From NCBI RefSeq assembly GCF_009914755.1, contig NC_060942.1: DNA of 64,000 nt; one strand, 5' to 3'. This DNA is from the human T2T-CHM13v2.0 reference genome, Homo sapiens. Positions 14,011-29,269 of this stretch are shown here, one piece after another. The position numbers and the translations under genes were made by a program. Positions within the stretch are counted from its first letter, which is position 1; every line of letters starts with the position of its first letter. The notes under the pieces are model-generated. The model saw only the letters and a program-made list of their open reading frames with translations, ran no database searches and was not told the origin of the DNA.

Positions 14011-14868
14011 ATCAAATTAAAAATAATATTTTCTCCTATGTAATTCCTTAGAGTTGAATGCATAGACACCAAAAAGGGGAAAGTTTGAAAAATCAGCTAT
14101 AGTACCAAGAAGAAATCAATGCCCAGAGAAGGAATAATACCAAATTCATTAGAGTCCCAGACTCTTCCTCTGTGTTAACTCTAGTCATGTATTTGTTTAT
14201 GTGGAGGTCTTCTACAGTAAGTATTGGGGCAATACTGATACCTGTTAAAGGATATTATGCCTTTGACAAACGATTTTTTTCTTCCACTACATGCTAAATG
14301 CTGTCATTATCAATATAGAGAATGTAGTTAAACTTCCACAGTGGGCACAGGTGAAGATTTCACTGCCATCAATTTCAAACCTAAACCCTGATCTCAGTCA
14401 GTATTTATAATTTTATGAGTTATAATTAGGACATCCAATTTGTCTTGAGTTTGCACATCATTATGCTTCACAATGAAAAATAAGCAGGTTCTTGGTGCCT
14501 GAATTTTGTTAATCATTCTTCCTGGTTGGGGACCTTAATCTTGGCTTCAACTCTGACATTAAATTAAATACACTTGCACACAAATTATTCTAACTGCCTT
14601 ATTTAGCCAGAGAAGAACAGGGCCTGTCCGTGAAGCATTTCCCCATTACCTGCACCTGAGCTAGTCCCTGATCTAGCACTGTCAGCTCCGCAGGCAGGCC
14701 TGGCAAGGTTTACCGTTCTGCCCCCTGCCCTGGGAATCTGTATCCAGGTCTCTGAGTGTTGCTTCTTCTGGCCTACCCTATGCCCCCACAACCTTCACAC
14801 CCACCCGCTACTCCAAATCTGATTGGGTCCCTCTACGTAGGTGTTTCCAAGTGGTAAACTGCACCTAG

Positions 14869-15291
14869 TGCTATCGTTTGGATATCTGTCCCCTCCAAAC
14901 TTCATGTGGGAATTTGATCCCCAGTGTTGCAGGTGGGGCCTAGTGGGAGGTGTTCGGGTGATGGGGGCAGATCCCTCATGAATTGATGAATGCCCTCCTT
15001 TGAGGATGAGTGAGTTCTCACCCTTAGTTCCCACGAGAACTGGTTGTTAAAAAGAGCCTGGCACCAGCCCTTTCTCTCCTGCTCCCTCGCTGGCCATGGG
15101 ATCTCTGCACACACCAGCTCCCCTTCACCTTCTGCCATGAGTGGAAGCAGCCTGAGGCCCTCACCAGAACCAGATGCTGGCACCGTGCTTCTTATGCAGC
15201 CTACAGAACTATGAGCCAAATAAACCTCTTTTCTATATAAATTACCCGGTTTCAGGTATTCCTTTATGGCAACACAAAATGGAGTAGGACA
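14869..15291 (+). mobile_element. MaLR solo LTR (MSTB-like)
   Basis: TG...CA ends with 5-bp TSD CCTAG (14864-14868 and 15292-15296); explains ORFs 14795-15034 and 14902-15300. Confidence 0.9.
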
Positions 15292-15643
15292 CCTAGACAT
15301 CCAGGTTTATAAATGTAGACACATATATACGTGCATTTTCACACATAGCTTGTTAGAATGTGTGTGTCACTGGGGCTCTTTTATCTATACACTTGGAAAA
15401 AGGCGTCTGCTTCATTTTATTTTTGCCTTTGCTCACCTCGGCTCCTTTATTTCTGATACTAGCAACTCAAGAAAGGGGCATTTTAATTCAATCAACCAAG
15501 AAAATCAATCCCAATTGACCTCGGGACCATATTTTTATTTTCATTGAAAGTTAACTAAAATTATTGAAAAGAATGAAAAATAATAAGAAACAGAAAAACC
15601 TAATAGCTTGGAACAACATGTATTCGCTAATTTTGTTTACTAA

Positions 15644-16360
<717 letters not shown>

Positions 16361-16884
16361 AATGATAATCTTACCATCTCAGCCCTCAAGTAAAAGTAAA
16401 GGGCAGGGCTAAGTCAGCAGAATGATCAGGAAACTGATTCCACAGCCCTATTGCCTAAATAGGGAGGGACAAACAAGATTCAGGCATTTCCCTCTTGGTC
16501 TACATGTGGATTAGGTCCCCCACCAGTAAAAACTCCTCCCTAATAGTTCTCACAGTTGTTCACCTAAACCTGAGCAGTGCTCTGGGGTGCATTAGCTGGT
16601 GAGAAGCTCTCCTTGCTTGAGCCAGTTTTAGGAGAAGGAACAGTGGGATTGAAAGTCACTAGGGAGCTAGCCTATGGCCAAGTGCTATGAATGGCCTGCC
16701 ATGTTCCAGAAACCCCCATGTGAGATCTTTCTCTGGGTTAAAGCTCCATGGTTGCTAATTGCTGTGAGAGTGATAGAGTCCCCTAAGTCTAATCAAGCCT
16801 GGAAGCTGAAGGACATTGTGTGGACTTGGGCCTTGAGAGGTTCCCAAACTCCAGAATTCTGCAAGTTATATGACTTTCATTTAA

Positions 16885-17201
<317 letters not shown>

Positions 17202-17344
17202 TAAACGAGGAAGCATTAGCTCAGAGAAATGAGAAATCTCTGTATGTAGTAGATGATGCAAACCATGCTAAAATAAACACATATAATTGGAGAAGCTAAG
17301 ATCATTCTTAAAGCTAGGTCAGTCATTCCAGCTGCCAATCAAAA

Positions 17345-17930
17345 CCTGCACACAAAAACCTGGACATAAGTATTTATAGTAGCTTTATTTATTTATAATT
17401 TGGCATAGTTGATGCCAAAACTTGGAAGCAATCAAGTTGCCCTTCAATAGGTGAGTGGATAAACAAATTGTAGTGCATCCACACAACAAAATACGATTCA
17501 ACGATAAAAAGAAATGAGGTATCAGGCCATGAAAAGACATGAAGAAATTTTAAATGCGTATTACTAAGTGAAAGAAGCCAATCTGAAAAGGCTACATACT
17601 ATATGATTCCAACTATCTGACATTCTGGAAAATGCAAAACCATGGAGACAGTCAAAAGACCAGTGGTTGCCAGGGGTTGCAGGGGAGGTAGGGAAAGAGA
17701 GGGGGATAACTAGGCGGAATACAGGGGATTTTAGGGCAGTGAAACTATTCCATATGATACGGTGATGGCGGATATGTGTTATCATACAATTGTCAAAACC
17801 TCATTCAACACAAAGTGGATCCTAATGTAAACTATGGACTTCAGTTGAGAATAATGCATCAATATTGGCTATCAGTTACAACAAATGCACCGCACCGATG
17901 CAAGAAGTTTATCATTGGGGAAGCTGTCAG
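17345..17930 (+). mobile_element. L1MB/MC-like 3' end
   Basis: CTAAGTGAAAGAAGCCAATCTGAAAAGGCTACATACTATATGATTCC, CAGTGGTTGCCAGGG, TAATGTAAACTATGGACTT. Confidence 0.8.
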
Positions 17931-20176
17931 GTGGAAGATTTGAGGAGATACAAGGATAAAGGGGATAAATAGTATATAGGAGACAAAGAACAAGACTTGG
18001 CTGAAAGAAGGCAACATATTAGAAAGAGGTTTTATAAGAAGCCATTCAAGTGAAGAAATATAAGGATAGACTGAGAGCCGATTCTTTGTTAAAGCCGTGC
18101 TTTCCAGGCCTTGCTCTTCCCAATCTTTACCAATCTTCAGCAATGCAGAGGAGGAACCAGAGACTCTGGGAGACCTGAGATTCATCTGCACACCCAGAAG
18201 GTGGTAAAAGCAGGGTTTGGACGAGGTCTGTCTGCCTCACAGCTCCTGATCCTTCCTCCACCCCACCCTCCCTTTGACTACTTAGAGGAGACCCCAGCTT
18301 GTCTTCTACTTGGGACAGGGGTAGCCATGGAAATACTAGGAACAACTTAACAGTTATTCCCAGCAGCTGCCTAAGGAGATTTTCTCTGCAAGAACAGAGG
18401 ATAATGAATTCTCCTAAAGAATGAGAGAAATCCCAGAGGTAAACAGAGATGCAAACACCCAAAAAGGTCACAGTCACAACGATAGCCCAGCAAGACAGCA
18501 TCGAACGACGAGTCTGCTCTGTCTTTAGAGAAGAGGGGTGTTTTCTGAGAGCCTCTCACTGCAGATTCCCTGCTGATCTGGCAGCTCCAGCCTAGCGCTC
18601 AGAGGAAGCCACAATGAGACCAATTTTCCACAGTCCTAAGAAGAGACACATCCCCTTCTGTGTATACATTTCTCTTGTATTCACTGTTTTCACTCACCCC
18701 CTGCAGCCTGCATGAGATTTGAAATTACAACCCTTATACCTTCAAGTCCAGATTATCCTTCTTAAAGGGAATCAACTATTGTTGAAATCCCCAGATAATC
18801 CCCCAACCTCATTTGTACCATTTTTTGTACTGCTTTCCCAGAAAGTTCAAGCCCTAGACTGAAGGAACACATGAAGTAAAATTGATGGCTTTGAATGGAA
18901 AATCCCAGCCAAGAATCCAACCGAACATGGTGTACCAGGGCCCCAAGCATGCTTCCTGTTCCCCACTAGCTACCGGCTCCCAGGCCCATTCCTGCTCAGA
19001 CTGCCGTGGGCCTGTGCAGACAGCCCTAGAGGAGGCGAGGAGGTTCCTTCCAGACTGGATGAGGTCTGGGTAAGGGCAGCAGGCACAGTGCAGACTCCTC
19101 CCGCGAGCTCAGGTCAGGGCACAGTCTGGCTGCCGTCAAGGTTTGGATCTTAATCTCCGATTTGGCTCTAAAAGCTGCTCAGGCAGCACCCAGTGCAATA
19201 ACTGTGGGGCAAAATCAAGAAGTATCTAGCAGGAGAGGGTTTCCAGAACAACTGTGCCAGGGGTCCTAAAAACCGAGCATTGAGCCTATGGACACTAGCC
19301 CCTGGATGGTCTAGAAGGCCCAGGATCCTACTTTAACCTGTTCTCCCAGCCAAGCAGGAGCAAACCACATCTGACTTAATATACTCTTGTGGAAGATCTA
19401 CCTGCTGTATGCTTCCTCACAGTCTCTGCTAGAGCCACTAGCATGGTACAAGTGAAAACAAGCTTGCAGGACGGACACGTGGGAGATAAAGGGGAAAGAG
19501 AGGAAAGAGAGGGAAGGAGGGAAAGTGGGGGAGTGAAAACAGTCTCTAGGTGGGCAAAGGGTAATGAAAATTTCAGTGCTAGAACTCCCTTCTCCTCCCT
19601 GCTTCATTTCTGTATCTTTGAATCTTATCATTTGCTCTAGACCCCAGTGAAATCTCCACAAAGTCTTCTTTAATGCCACAACTGAATACTGAGAGCTCCC
19701 CATTTCCCAAGTGTGTTGGGCAATTTCAGTCGGAACCACCAACACAGCCCTTTATGACATGCCTCTGGTTTCGAGTATATAACCTTTGTTCCTGACACAC
19801 TCTCCAAACAGGAGGCTTCACTTGCTCAAGGACAGTTATGCTAGACACTTTCCTTGTAGCCAAGATCTAGGACTGCACTTCACCCTTCAAGAGGGGCATT
19901 CGCTCACTGATTGAACTCCCTCCCCAAGTCCCAGCATGCTCTCATCTATGTAGGCACTGGCAGGAGAACCCTCGAGAGCTTTTCTTCAGGACCAAGGGAA
20001 GGTAGTGCTCTTGTTCCCTATCTCTGGGCCTCCAGAGTATGAGGGCACAAAGGTACAGCAGAGGGCCTGCCAATCCTTGGCCTAGGCATTTCAGGTGGTC
20101 TGGAGCTGATATTCATCCAGAAATGGGTTACTATTTTTCAAACATACATACACACATTTGATTTATAAAATACAAG

Positions 20177-20810
20177 CCAGGCATGAGGACTTATGCCTGT
20201 AATCCCAGCACTTTGGGAGACCAAGGCAGGAGGATTGCTTGTGTTCAGGAGATTGAGACCAGCCTGGGCAACATGAAGAGGCATTGTCTTTTCTTTGCTT
20301 TTTTTTTTTTTTTTTTTTTTTGAAACGGGGTCTCACTCTGTCACCCAGGCTGGGGTGCAGTGGCGCGATCTCGGCTCACTACAGCCTTCACCTCCTGGGT
20401 TCAAGTGATTCTCCTGCCTCTGTCTCCTGAGTAGCTGGGATTACAGGCACCCATCATCATGCCTGGCTAATTTTTGTATTTTTGTAGATACAGGGTTTCA
20501 CCATGTTGGCTAAGCTGGTCTTGAACTCCTGACCACAGGTGTTCCACCCACCTCAGCCTCCCAAAGTGCTGGGATTACAGGCGTGAGCCACCATGCCTGG
20601 CCAAGAGGCATTGTCTTTACAAAAAAAAATTGTTTAAAAATTAGCCAGGTGTGGCAGTGCATGCTTGTGGTACCAGCTAATTGGGAGGCTGAGGTGGGAA
20701 GTTTGCTTGAGCCCAGGAGGTCGAGGCTGCAGTGAGCTGTGTTCACATGACACCACTCCAGCCTAGGTGACGAAGTGAGACCCTGTCTCAAATAATAATT
20801 TAAAAGAATA
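20177..20810 (+). mobile_element. AluJ (sense) interrupted by an antisense AluS
   Basis: Left part 20177-20291 and remainder 20603-20810. Confidence 0.9.
20292..20602 (-). mobile_element. AluS, antisense, nested in the AluJ
   Basis: 16-bp TSD AAGAGGCATTGTCTTT at 20276-20291 and 20603-20618. Confidence 0.92.
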
Positions 20811-21272
20811 AAATACAAAGTCATTTCAAGCCATTACTGACTTTTTATTAACATTTTGTTATAAATTTATTTTTAAATAGGTAGATATTAGAAGTTCAGG
20901 TCCCAGGATTTTTTGACATTTGAAAGAACTTCAATGTCATATTAGAACATTTTGGAACTACTGATCCATACATGAATGCTGTTCCTCTCCTCATTCACAG
21001 TCAGGTGGCATGCTGCTAGCTGCAGTCCAGAATCCAGGTTCCCCATTTATGAACACACAGTCATTGAGTCTGCCAAAAATCAGCTTCTGAATTTGCAGAA
21101 GTTCAAGGCTTAGGGAAAAGTTTAAAGGCAACTGATGCAACAGTCACGCTTGACCAATTTGCTGGGAGCTGAAATCATACACAATCTATAAATATGACTT
21201 AAACTGTTCTATTTCAGTTTATAATAAACAATAAGGCTCAGCTCCAATCCTTCCCTCTCCCCAGTGAGGATT

Positions 21273-21572
<300 letters not shown>

Positions 21573-23802
21573 CCCAGTGAGGATTATTCAGAGCCCTACC
21601 CTTGCATAGTTAGGAAAGGTGGGGACCAAGTTTCATATTTCATGGTATTAACAGACACAACAAAACTCTCTTTCCTTGACCCAATTCACTGCCTTTATTT
21701 TCACAAACTACTTGGTGCAATAGTCATTTAGCATAGCGTGTCCCACTAAAATAAATGGCGGCATCATTTAAATGCCATACTAACTTGTTATATTTCTACG
21801 TGCTTATAAACCATGAGGCAACTATCAAGTTAATAAATATCCAAATTCTGATGGATTTACATATTATATTGTTGACACTGTATTTGCATTCAGAGCAAAA
21901 ATGAAATGGGTCTTAAAATGAGTCGTGATAAAGTGATTGCTATCAAAAGGCTGGAAGATGGATCCAGACAGCCGTGGGCTTGCAACTTTCTCTGTCGAAC
22001 AACAAACATAGCCAAAGATTAAAGTGCTCAAATAAAAATTAGAGCAGGTCTGCCAACCCCATTTCCACCTCTACCTGATGAGACCAGTGTTCATGAATTA
22101 CTATGGCCCATAAACTGTGTTGTGCTTCTTATCCACTATTGAATTCAATCCTCCCTAACAAGCAGATGCTATTCTTGTCACTATTTAACAGATAAGGACA
22201 CTAAGCCTCGGTTGTGTAAGAAAACACAAGTAAACAATCTAGTACAAAGCAAACTCAGGCAAAGTCAGACTCAGACCAAGATTTTCTGAAAATCCAAAGC
22301 CCATACTATTCCTCCTACATTACTTTGCCTCTCAAGTGAAATATTATTTCTTTGCCTAGCAGCCTTCACTTACAGCCAGGGTGGGTGTGGACAGATCTGT
22401 ATATGGCTCTAGTATAAGAAAGTGGGGAGATGTTTAGAAGGCTCAAAAAATTGTTGACACCAAAAATTCAAACTATCCCCTGTCCACAGAAGTCCCAGCT
22501 GAGTTTTTAAATCAATATTCCCTCAGCTGACCATGATAAGACAGAGATTTCAAAAATCAAATATGCACAGACATGTTCCACTTACTCACTCATGTAAACT
22601 TCTTAAAAACTCGGCAATGAATTACCATATGGAGCTCCAAGTACAAATGCTGTGTCTATCGCCTTTGAGGTCTCCAGGCAGAGGTGAGCAGTGAAGGAAG
22701 GACTCTAGGGGATGGGCATAATGCATGGTGGGCAGCTTACCCATCTCAGGAACTGGCTTCAGCCCCATGGCACCACAGGGATGGAGGTAAGAGATTGCAA
22801 ATGCAGTGGGCTGACTGCAACTGTGCTATTAGGAAAACTGCTAACCCCAATCAGCAGCAATCACACTTGATCTTCAGGATGACTTTGGAGCAGTTCTCAG
22901 AACTAAGCAGTGGAGAGAAGGCCAAATGAGGTTATACATGACTCAGATAAAGCTATGGATAAATTAATTTTGTTTTCTTGTGTGAACATTTATCCCAACT
23001 GAAGAATTATAGTGTTGGCATGAATATGCATTAAAAGAACAGAAGCTGAATTGTGTTCCAAAGGAATTGTATTGACTACACAAGCAGCTAATGACATGGT
23101 TTACTTCTCTGGAAGAATCAGCACTCATTTTCAGAGTGACCTTATAGTTTAAATTCTTTGAATTGAGAGCACAATGAACAAGCTCCTCTACTGAATTTAT
23201 AAGTGACTATGACACGGCAACACCAAGTCACTATCTGGGTAACTCATCTGCCTGTGGAAACCTGTGTTGATCGTTGCTTTTGCACCAGCCTTCCTAAGCT
23301 AGTGCTGTCTGCAAACAGACCTTTCTGTGCAGATTAAAGAGAGCCTGATTCAGTAGAACCCACATGTCACAGATCATTTGCTTTGCCTCTCTCGACACAG
23401 AACTTCAGCATCTGATTAAAGGAGGCCAGGTGTCCAACATCTGGCCAGATGGATTTGTTTCTGAGCAAAGTCAGAGGAAACCAGAGGTAGACATGCACCT
23501 GGTCCCCAGTCAGCTTAGCCCTTTTAATGTGCCTAGCCATCCCTGAAGTTCTGCCCTGTTAACGAAATAGGAATTTGCCATTGCTATCCTTACAGGTGTT
23601 CACAAAGCCATAGAATAAAATGACTACAATTTGAGATCAACTGACTCAAAAACTTTATCTCCTAGAGGAAAGGAAACTAAAGTCCACAGAAGTTAAGTGA
23701 CTAGGCCAAAGTTACCCAGCTAGGAGATGGCAAAGCTTTTAAAGACACCAGACTCTAGATTCCATGGCCCAACCTCACTCCTGGTTATTAGTTGCATCTA
23801 AG

Positions 23803-23990
23803 ACAATGGCTTTCAAACTTTAGCATCAGAATCATCTGGAGGGCTTGTTAAAACACAGATTGCCAGGTCCCACCCCCAGAGTTTCAGATTCAGTGTTTCT
23901 GGACTGGGGCCCTAGAATTTACATTTCTAACAAGTTCCCTGGGGAATGGTGATACTCTCGGTGTAGGGCCCATATGTGGAGATCCACTGA
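23803..23990. mobile_element. MER5A-like hAT DNA transposon
   Basis: GCATCAGAATCATCTGGAGGGCTTGTTAAAACACAGATTGC...ATTTCTAACAAGTTCCC. Confidence 0.8.
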
Positions 23991-24322
23991 GGTAGCATGT
24001 GTGATTAGATAGGAGGAAAAGTTGCTCATCTGACCCCAGGGACACAAAAGATTTATCTAAAAACTCAGAATAAAGAAGTTTGTTCCAGTTTCCAAATCTG
24101 TTCTAGGCTATGTAAGTTAGGGGGAATTTGTCTTCTAGAATGCACATTTTAGAGGCTTTTAAATGTCTGGGGGAAAGGCTTCTGTTCATCCTGATAAACC
24201 ATCCTAAGGAAGCTTTACATTTGAGTCTGAAATTAAAGATGACGAAATAATCCTCAGACAAATATAGAAGCCCAGGGAAAAGGATGGGTGGCAATGGAAG
24301 GTGGGCACAGGCATGTGGGCGG

Positions 24323-24681
24323 TGATGTGGCTTGGCTGTGTCCCCACCCAAATCTCATCTTGAAATTTAGCTCCCCTAATTCCCACATGTTGTAGGAGGG
24401 ACCCAGTAGGAAATAAGTGAATCATGAGGTTGGTTTCCCCCATACTGTTCTCGCGGTAGTGAATAAGTCTCATGAGATCTGGTTTTATAAGAGGTTTCCC
24501 CTTTCCCTTGGCTCTCATTCTCTCTTGCCTGCTGCCATGTTAGATGTGCCTTTTGCCTTCTGCTGTGATTGTGAGGCCTCCCCAGCCATATGGAACTGGG
24601 AGTCCATTAAACCTCTTTTACTTTACAAATTACCCAGTCTCAGGTATGTCTTTATCAGCCCGGTGAAAATGAACAAATGCA
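24323..24681 (+). mobile_element. THE1 solo LTR (MaLR)
   Basis: TGATGTGGCTTGGCTGTGTCCCCACCCAAATCTCATCTTGAA start; TSD GGCGG/GGTGG; explains ORFs 24204-24518 and 24417-24800. Confidence 0.9.
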
Positions 24682-25194
24682 GGTGGGAAAAGAAGGACAC
24701 GATCAGTGGATGGAACAAGGAGCACTGGGGCTCAGAAGCAGTCTGGCTCAGTTGGGCACACGCAATCAAGAACATGGGAAAATGGCAGCTGGATTGTTGA
24801 GCTGGAATCAGGAATGCCAGAAATAGGATAGAGGGCAATGCCAGTGTTGGTTCACTAAGAGAGAAAGCAAGACCCAGCTGCGACTGCAGCTGACTCCATT
24901 CATTTATTGAATCATTCAGCAAGCATTTACTGGGCATCTCCTGCATGCTAGGCCCTGCACTAGGACTGGGGATGCAAAAAGTAAGAAGGCATTGCCCAAG
25001 AAAGAGAAATTGTGAACACAAACAACTCTGATGGAATGGCTAAATGTTCAACAGAGGTACAAAGCACTGCATAGCAGAGTTAACTTCTGCCTGGAGAAAC
25101 CTCTACTTGAAGTTTCTCTTGCTTTTATCACTGGCCAAAGGTTGGTTTACCCCAGCGCTCTATCCTTGGACTTCTTGTTGTTAAAGGCTTTTGG

Positions 25195-25470
25195 GTCCAG
25201 GGCTGGTATTTATGCCTGTAATCCCAGTGCTTTGGGAGGCCAAGGCGGGAGGATCACTTGAGGCCAGGAGTTCAAGACCAATCTGGGGAACATAGTGAGA
25301 CCCTTATCTCTACAAAAGTGAGTAAATAAATTAGCTGGGTGTTGTGGCACGAGCCTCACTTGAGCTCAGGAGTTTGAGTGCAGTGAGCTATAGTCATGCC
25401 ACCACACTCCATCCTCGGCAACAGAGCAAGACCCTGTCCCTAAAATAAAATAAAATAATATAAAATAAAA
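25195..25470 (+). mobile_element. AluJ
   Basis: GCCTGTAATCCCAGTGCTTTGGGAGGCC; right arm partly deleted; (TAAAA)n tail. Confidence 0.85.
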
Positions 25471-28400
25471 ATTTAGTCCAGTGGTGAACTCCAAATGCTA
25501 TACTTGAACTCACATGCTGAATCTCCATCTCCAACCTGATTTCCTCCAAGCTCCATCTCCTAGGCTGTCACTTCCAGCTGTCCTCTAGGCATGGATGCCT
25601 ACATGTCAACCTTTTTATCTCAACATGTCCAAAAGCAGATTCATTTTCTTTCATATTTTTAATCATATAAGCTAATGGCTTTACTATCTAAACATCCTTC
25701 CAGACATTTTTGGCTCTTCTCACTCACTTTCCATTTCTGATGTCACCAGAATCTCTTATTCCTACTCCCATAACTATCTCTCATCTGGCCTTTTCTCTCT
25801 GTAACCACTGCCTTCAGCAACACTCCACTATGCTGGCTCCTTCAGACAATTAGAAGTGTGAGGGAGAATGGATGAGAAAGGGGTAAAGGCCCTAGGCTGG
25901 CCTGTCACAGGCTCTGCCCAGAATTCAACTGGTTTTTGAATGGTCAAAGCAAAAAACCAACTCATGACCATCTCTGAATGTCAGACTAAGGACATTTGAC
26001 TTTATTTGGCTGGCCATGAGGAGCGCGGAAAAGCTTTTGTAGAGAGATGTGATGTAATCAGAGGTATGCATTAAGAAGATTAATTTGGCAGTAGCTTATA
26101 GAAAAGATTATATGGAAAATAGATTAGCAGTAAGGAGATCAGCTAGGACATAATTGCAAAAGGCCATATGATTAACAGGGAAGGTTTGCATTCAGTTGGC
26201 AGTTGTGGAAACAGAAAGTAAGAGATGAGGGAAATATTTTGGAAATAGAGTTGGTATTACTTTTTGAAGTCTGATGTTAAGGGAGGCAGAATTCAAGCAT
26301 TAACTCTTGAGGTTCTATCCTTGACTAGCCAGGATAATAGGGATTTCACTTAGGGAAAGAATTATGGGGCAAGGGGAGAAGGGAATGAAGAAATGCAGTG
26401 TTCAGATTTAGGCATGTTGAGCTTGAGGCACTATTGCGATGCTAAGAGAGTTGAGGGATTCTGATTGTGAGGCTGGGACAGAAAGACCAGAGCCTCATGG
26501 CCCTACTTAGAGGTGAAGAGAAGCTCTGCATGAAACTGATCAAGGTATAAGCCTGACCAAAACGCTTTTGTAATTGGTGATGATAAGAATACCAACACCC
26601 TTGAAGTAGAAAAAAGCCCTGTAAGAAGAAGGGGTGGGGAAACTAGACTGCCATCACTGCTGTTCATGATGAGAAAGTAGAAGTGGCACAGTAGATTAAT
26701 CATTAGCAGTGATAGAAGTAAGAGAGGCAGAATCCTAGTCAAAGGCTGTAGAAAGATTGGGAAGGATGTGTTGCCTTGCGGTGACGTGAATTAGTTTTCA
26801 GGCACAGAGACCCAGAAAAGATAGGGAGAAAGAAGGAGAAAGAACAATAGAGAGTAGATAATAGATAATCTTAGAAAAAGACAAATAAATTAAGATCAAT
26901 GTCAAAATAGGAACAATAGTCTGGAAGAATGAAAGATGGGGGTAACCCAGAAGAAACAATGAACTTTCTTCTGAATGGGAGACGAAAGCAAAAGAAGGGT
27001 CAAGGAATGGTTCACAAAATAAATGAAGGATGAATGTTTAACGCAAGTCTTTAAAAATATGTAGAAAATGCAAAAAGGAGTAAATACAGTATGCACATGA
27101 ATGTAAGAATTACCAAGCTATAATAAGGGTTATACATGAATTAAATGAATGTTTTGAGGGCACGATCAAGACCACGTTGTTGCTTTTCCCTTAAGCAAGC
27201 TTAGCACATTTCCTCCTCCCGTGGATGTTCTTCAGTCAGAGGGTGGGGAAGACTAAGGACAGAAGGCATCTAGGGCACGAGGTGAGAGAAACGACTGAGC
27301 ACAGGACACAGGCTGGTAGGGAAGATAAGTGAATCCCAAATAGGAGTGCTGAGGGCTCCAGGATCTCTTGATCAGATGAGGGAACTGGTACCACTGAAGA
27401 AAGCTCAAGAGAAGTGCACTTGCTAGGAGAACCCAGATCCCAACTAAGACGAAGTACAGAGAGCACTTAGGGCACTGATTGAGGGTACTGGCGAATTTAG
27501 CCACGGTGGGATTGAAGTTGTCTGGTAGTCAGTGGAAGGATTGGGCGGAGGAGTCTAAGTGAGCACAAGAGAGCAGAAAGCCTGAGAAGTCAGGGAAGAG
27601 GGAGGAGTTTGCACCTGTGAGGATAAAGGCGATGGAGCCTGAGTTGTAGGTCAATCCCTTTTGTTCACTCAGGTCTCAGGATCCAGCCAACTGGAAAAAT
27701 CAGTCATACTTCTCCATCTCAGAGGGATGAAGCAGATCAACCTAAACATTCCTCTATTGTTCCATTCTCGTGGTCCATTTGTCTAAGACTGTCTCTTCCA
27801 GGACACCAAAGGCCTTGTTTGAGGAAAGCATGTGTTTGTTGCGAGGACATCGAATTAAAGTTAAACTTGCTTGTCTCCTAAGCCTCTGCCTTTAAATAGT
27901 GAATGACTTCCTTTGTCATAAATGAAATCTTCAGTTTACTTGGATGTTACTTTGATTCACTATCTTAGGTCTCTGTCAGGGACCTAAGATAGTGTCCTCT
28001 CTAATCCTCTTGGGTCCTAAACTAGAGAATCATTCTGACTTTCACCTTCCTCAACACCCTGTCCCTCTGCTATTAGTCCTTGCTCAACACTGTCTGTTGC
28101 ATCCAACCCTTCCTTCTATAACCAGTGGTACTACCCCCACCCAGATTACTATTGTTGACATTACAGAAGAGGTGCTTGCTGAGGTCAGTGTCTCCAGGTG
28201 GAGGCCAGCTAACTCTCTCTCCAGGGCTACCTGGATGAATTTACCAATTCATTCAGGCTGGCCAATGCCCAAAGTCCACTGGGGAGGCTCAGAATCACAG
28301 TTTCATTAGAAATCTCAGAAACGGACTCACTAACCAAGCTCACAAATGCTAAAGCATAAGTAAGAATCTCAATGTAGTAATATTCCGTAAGAAATCCTGC

Positions 28401-28674
28401 AGCCACACAGGCCAGAATGACTAATATATTCTCTCTCTGGCATAACTGTGTAGGAAGTCTTTGCAGCTGTGTTTCCTGCTCCAGCAAAAGTCCTGCCCAT
28501 AAGACTATAAATCTTCAGTCCAAAAAGCCAACACACTACAACTGCCTTTTTTATTTCCTTCCACTGCTAACAAATTCCAGGGATGACTGCCATTTTCTTT
28601 ACATGTGCTCGTAGATTCCATTCGATTACAGCCAAGCCTTGATGGCCTGGGGGAGGTTATTCTGTCTCTGTGTC

Positions 28675-29105
28675 CAGGTTCTTAACCTTATTGTGCATAA
28701 AATTAAATACAGAGGATGACAAAGGAAACCAAATATGTTGAAATGCCATTATTAAAATATTTTTTAAATCGCCATATAGTAATATATGTGCATCTTTATT
28801 AGTTAGAAAATCTAGCCCTGGGTGTCATAATTTTAAAGTAGTGATGAGCATAAAGAATATTTCAAAATGTATCCATCAACTATATGTGATAGGAGTATGT
28901 CTGTGATTTCTATTGGTGACAAAGTCACAGTTACTGCTCATAACTACTCTGGCTTATTATCTACATTCATAATTTAAGAAAATGCTAAATTGCAATCAGA
29001 GGTTTGTATAAAGATGTAATTTTTTTCTCATCCAGTAATCACAGGTTTCCTGAATTCTGCTCACAGACATCAAGGATCTGTGGATCCCGGGTTAAGAGCC
29101 CCGAC
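28675..29105. mobile_element. Charlie4a-like hAT DNA transposon
   Basis: Terminal inverted repeats CAGGTTCTTAACC...GGTTAAGAGCCC; internal GCATAAAATTAAATACAGAGGATGACAAAGGAAACCAA. Confidence 0.65.
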
Positions 29106-29269
29106 TGAGTTGATGTGGCATGTCTCTGCTTTCCTCGCGACATGCTGATTTCTTAGTGTATCTCTCACATCACAGTTTCTAAGTTCTTGGGCAAGTCATT
29201 CCATTTCATAAATACTACCTATCATTATTAGGTATATTCTCCATCTTTGCAAGAACATTGTTTTTTACA

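Noticed and set aside
22670-22795. Strong splice donors GAG|GTGAGC and GAG|GTAAGA
   Set aside because: No convincing paired acceptor or ORF; such motifs are frequent by chance
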